37,906 nt of DNA from Bacteroidales bacterium (GTDB taxonomy: Bacteria > Bacteroidota > Bacteroidia > Bacteroidales > UBA4181). The notes beneath the pieces are model-generated. The model worked only from the letters and a program-made list of their open reading frames with translations. It was not told the DNA's origin and did not search any database. The stretch is taken from the NCBI GenBank assembly GCA_031264715.1, contig JAISDP010000138.1, positions 1-37,906 of the forward strand. Reading direction: 5' to 3'. The stretch's first letter is position 1. Each line of letters starts with the position of its first letter. Made by a program: the position numbers and the translations under genes. Below, in pieces: positions 34,901 through 37,906 of this stretch.

Positions 34901-36679
34901 ATGCGCCAGCGTTTCATATACGACCCCTTCGTACTGCCGTTCATGGCCGGCTTCGTCTTCATCATCATATACCTCGTTGCCGGTATCATCAGCGCCATCA
35001 GGGAACTGCCCTGCGAAGACCGCAAGAAATTGGGAAAAAGCATTTTCAGCCGTAAAATATTTGTTTCCGCCAGGGAAATATTCATGGAATGTCTGATTCA
35101 TCGCAGGATATTCCGGCGCAACCGCATGTTGGGATTCATGCACATGAGCATCGCCTTCGGGTGGTTTCTGCTTATCGTACTGGGACATATCGAGGTGCGG
35201 CTGTATTGTCCCGAGCGGGTCAATCTGCCTTATTTCCCGATCTTTTTCCGCTATTTTATGATGGAAACCGACTCGACACTGAAAGGCTCGCTGCTCTTCT
35301 TCCTCATGGATGCCGCGTTGTTGATGGTATTGACAGGGATCGGCCTGGCCTTGTACAAGCGCATCAATTCCCGCCTGATGGGTATGCGCCGCACAACTAA
35401 ACTGAAACTGGGCGACCGCATTGCCATGTACACGCTTTGGGCGGTCTTCCCGTTACGATTGCTGGCGGAAAGCTTCACATCGGGTATCAGTGGCGGCAGT
35501 TTCCTGACGCGCGGCTTTGGTCTGGTTTTCGAATCGTTCGTTTCCAACGAAGCGCTGATACGCCCCGCCTGGTGGGCATATTCCGTCGCACTCGGCACAT
35601 TCTTCCTTGCAATGCCGGTATCACGCTACATGCACATCCCTGCCGAGATGCTGCTCATCGTCCTGCGTAATGCAGGCATCAAAAGCAAGAAAACCAACGC
35701 GGGGTACGGCAACATAGAGCTGTATTCGTGTTCGCGTTGCGGCATCTGCATTGATGCTTGCCAGATGTCGGCAGCAGCGCGGCTCGACCGGAAGACCACC
35801 GTGTATTTCATGCGGATGCTTCGCCGGCAGGAGGGCGACATTGAGGCCGCAGCCCGGCAATGCCTGATGTGCGGGCGCTGCGTACAGGCTTGTCCCGTAG
35901 GCATCGATTCGTGCCGCCTGAAACAGAATGTACGCCGTTCCGAATCGTTCTTTTCGCCTGTGCAGTACCGGTACTTTCCGCCAACGGAAACCATCCGCAC
36001 CGACGTGCTGTATTTTGCCGGGTGCATGACGCACCTCACGCCGGGAATCGGTAAAGCGATGCAAACCATCTTCGGGCGCGCCGGCGTTAACTACCGGATG
36101 ATGGACGAAGGCGGCGGCATCTGCTGCGGGCGGCCGCTCATGCTGTCAGGCCAGGAAAAGTCGGCAGCCATCATGATCGAAAAGAATACGGACATCATCC
36201 TGCAATCGAACGCGGAACTTCTGGTAGCATCGTGTCCTGTCTGCTACAAAATATTCAACGAAGAATACAGCCTGCCGATACCTGTGATGCACCACACGCA
36301 GTATATCGAACAGCTAATTGACAGGGGCGCCGTCACTGTCGGCCACACGGGGCTATCGGCCGTTTACCACGACCCGTGCGACCTCGGCCGCAACTCGGGC
36401 GTATACAATCCGCCGCGCCAAGTGCTCCGCCAGGTAGCCAACCTCATGGATACCAGCCACGAACGCGGGGAAGGACTTTGCTGTGGAGGCAGTGTGGGCA
36501 ATGCTGTGCTCACCGGTGACCAGCGCAGGAAAATAGCCCGGGACGCCCTGTATAAATTGACCGGAGAAAAGCCGGACATACTGGTTACCGCATGTCCGTT
36601 GTGCAAGAAAACATTTGCAGGCGCAGGCTTGCAACAGGTTGAGGACATTGCCCAGGTGGTAGTAAAGGCAATGGAATAA
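34901..36679 (+). CDS. Fusion of a NarI/DsrM-like membrane domain with an HdrD/DsrK-like Fe-S/CCG protein
   Basis: The N-terminal ~270 aa has 5-6 hydrophobic helices and conserved His residues (FMHMSIAFGWFLLIVLGHIE, SRYMHIP). Next come CSRCGICIDAC and CLMCGRCVQACP, then two CCG motifs (GGGICCGRP, GEGLCCGGS). The ATG abuts the preceding TAG stop. Confidence 0.8.
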   Translation: MRQRFIYDPFVLPFMAGFVFIIIYLVAGIISAIRELPCEDRKKLGKSIFSRKIFVSAREIFMECLIHRRIFRRNRMLGFMHMSIAFGWFLLIVLGHIEVRLYCPERVNLPYFPIFFRYFMMETDSTLKGSLLFFLMDAALLMVLTGIGLALYKRINSRLMGMRRTTKLKLGDRIAMYTLWAVFPLRLLAESFTSGISGGSFLTRGFGLVFESFVSNEALIRPAWWAYSVALGTFFLAMPVSRYMHIPAEMLLIVLRNAGIKSKKTNAGYGNIELYSCSRCGICIDACQMSAAARLDRKTTVYFMRMLRRQEGDIEAAARQCLMCGRCVQACPVGIDSCRLKQNVRRSESFFSPVQYRYFPPTETIRTDVLYFAGCMTHLTPGIGKAMQTIFGRAGVNYRMMDEGGGICCGRPLMLSGQEKSAAIMIEKNTDIILQSNAELLVASCPVCYKIFNEEYSLPIPVMHHTQYIEQLIDRGAVTVGHTGLSAVYHDPCDLGRNSGVYNPPRQVLRQVANLMDTSHERGEGLCCGGSVGNAVLTGDQRRKIARDALYKLTGEKPDILVTACPLCKKTFAGAGLQQVEDIAQVVVKAME

Positions 36680-36699
36680 TATCACAAAAGCATCGCCGT

Positions 36700-37437
36700 T
36701 CACCTTGCGTCGTCCAGCACAGTGGTGCAGCGCTTCAGGTATTTCAGGACGAGGTAGATGAGCAGTGAGCCCGCGGCGGCGAAAAGGATATAATAATTGT
36801 AATCGTGTTTCGCCTGCAACAGCTTGCCGGATACGTGAAACAGGGCAAAAAGCAGGAAAAGCGCACAAAAGCCGTTCTTCTCCTTCCTTAATACCTTCTT
36901 CACGCTGAATGACAAGTCGCTCCGACGGAATTTCCGCAAGCCGGGAAGAAATGCCGGTGTATTTTCCGCCCAGCGGAGGTAAGTGTCGCCGAACTTTCCC
37001 CTCAGATACTGTTCTTCGGCAAACATAATGCGCTCATAATAGAGCCAGTATGCCAGCGAATACACGATAACAAACCAGGCGTTGCAGGTCAGCAGGGCAA
37101 ACCCCGTCCACATAAAATAGTTACCCAGATACAGCGGATGCCGCACCATGCTATAAATCCCGGTAGTGTTGAGGCTGTCGGCCAGCTGTCCGGAAGTGTT
37201 TCTGTCCGACGTGTTTTTGGCCGTGTAGCCTACCGTGAATATTCTGATGACCAGTCCGATTACGCTGAAACACAAGCATCCCGTTTCATACCATGTCTGG
37301 TACTTGACCTGACGGACACCGGGCGCGTTATCCAGAAAGTAAAGCGCCAGGCCACCCAGCAGGCAAAAAAGCGGCAGGTAGCCCCTGCGCTTGAAAAGCC
37401 ATCTACCCTGTTTTTCAAATTCTTCTTGCAGCGCCAT
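36700..37437 (-). CDS. Isoprenylcysteine carboxyl methyltransferase (ICMT/PEMT-like) family membrane methyltransferase
   Basis: Motif SMVRHPLYLGNYFMW plus YERIMFAEEQYLRGKFGDTY. Multi-pass membrane protein, 245 aa. Confidence 0.75.
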   Translation of the reverse strand: MALQEEFEKQGRWLFKRRGYLPLFCLLGGLALYFLDNAPGVRQVKYQTWYETGCLCFSVIGLVIRIFTVGYTAKNTSDRNTSGQLADSLNTTGIYSMVRHPLYLGNYFMWTGFALLTCNAWFVIVYSLAYWLYYERIMFAEEQYLRGKFGDTYLRWAENTPAFLPGLRKFRRSDLSFSVKKVLRKEKNGFCALFLLFALFHVSGKLLQAKHDYNYYILFAAAGSLLIYLVLKYLKRCTTVLDDAR

Positions 37438-37677
37438 ATTATTTTTATTTTGGGGGTTTTAAATATTATATAAATGATTCTAATGATATATTTAGATGTT
37501 TCAATTTCGAGATAAGTTAACACACAAGCCGTTTCTCCGGAAAATTCTTCCGGCGCCGGAGAAACGCATGGCCTGAACAATTGTACATTCTGCTGGATTT
37601 AAATGCTTGTGAATTGGACGGCAAATGTAATATTTTTTTGAAACAAAAAAAATTTCATGCCATAAGGGGGACTTGCG

Positions 37678-37906
37678 CATGTAAATGACGTTCTGATGCA
37701 TGTAAATGACATTCTGGCGCGTGTAAATGGCATGCTGGCTCGTGTAAATGGCATGCTGGCTCATGTAAATGGTGTGCTGGCTCGTGTAAATTGCGTGCTG
37801 GCTCATGTAAATGGCATGCTGGCTCATGTAAATGGCGTGCTGGCTCGTGTAAATTGCGTGCTGGCTCATGTAAATGGCATGCTGGCTCATGTAAATGGCA
37901 TGCTGG
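37678..37906. repeat. Tandem array, at least 11 x 21 bp (CATGTAAATGGCATGCTGGCT), running off the window
   Basis: Units occur every 21 bp from 37678. The last six units form two copies of a 63-bp higher-order repeat (37783-37845 and 37846-37906). Confidence 0.9.

Noticed and set aside
31056-36868. Antisense or overlapping ORFs 31056..31616(+), 31692..32336(+), 33359..34036(-), 34006..34719(-), 34235..34771(-), 35621..36069(-) and 36353..36868(-)
   Set aside because: They are opposite to lepB and the Hdr-like genes, whose frames carry catalytic and Fe-S motifs. They are shadow ORFs of GC-rich coding DNA.
37531-37565. 10-bp inverted repeat GTTTCTCCGG...CCGGAGAAAC as a terminator
   Set aside because: No U-run follows on either strand, and it lies upstream (5') of the ICMT-family gene. 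Its function is unclear.
37501-37890. ORF encoding (MSQHAIY)n heptad repeats
   Set aside because: It is generated by a stop-free 21-bp tandem repeat. The non-repeat part is AT-rich promoter-like DNA, and no family is recognisable.
1-37906. tRNA, rRNA, tmRNA, riboswitch or CRISPR-cas features
   Set aside because: I saw no T-loop-like GGTTCGAATCC-type motifs, no rRNA-like conserved blocks and no spaced repeats on either strand. This was a visual scan only. An Infernal/tRNAscan run would be decisive.

Overview
Chromosomal segment with Bacteroidota hallmarks: two SusC/SusD pairs, many lipobox lipoproteins, and -33/-7 type promoter boxes. All family calls come from reading the translated ORFs and from my own memory of reference proteins such as E. 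coli FucI and FucP. No searches were run. Layout: (i) 1-2287, minus strand: a GT-C-like membrane protein, then a 179-aa NVEALA-like Gly/Ser/Cys/Thr-rich secreted protein, then a beta-propeller-type lipoprotein cut by the window edge. (ii) 2288-4512: a repeat-dense non-coding field around one 223-aa hypothetical gene. It holds a duplicated promoter module, phased decamers, a 28-bp perfect palindrome, two ~140-bp hairpin-bearing repeats, a ~31-bp 'CCCTGACGGG' repeat family and a 7 x 42-bp tandem array. (iii) 4513-29214, all minus strand: a ~25-kb polysaccharide utilisation locus (PUL). It has 2 x SusC/D, 2 x DUF2961/GH172, DUF4185/GH183, GH116, an unassigned 407-aa lipoprotein, FucI, FucP and a LacI-family regulator. 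I read it as a D-arabinofuranan (actinobacterial cell-wall arabinan) utilisation locus with a built-in D-arabinose entry step. A LacI-type operator candidate (ATTAATCG[A/T]TTAA) precedes the lacI-family gene, fucP and fucI. (iv) 29215-32420: a 21-bp tandem array, an acyltransferase-3 gene and signal peptidase I. (v) 32421-33406: an AT-rich islet with an orphan ORF. (vi) 33407-36679: a three-gene Hdr-like redox operon (HdrA/QmoA-like flavoprotein, small 2x[4Fe-4S] protein, NarI/DsrM-like membrane domain fused to an HdrD/DsrK-like CCG protein). (vii) An ICMT-family methyltransferase and a second 21-bp tandem array that runs off the window. I recognised no rRNA, tRNA, CRISPR array, transposase or integrase.
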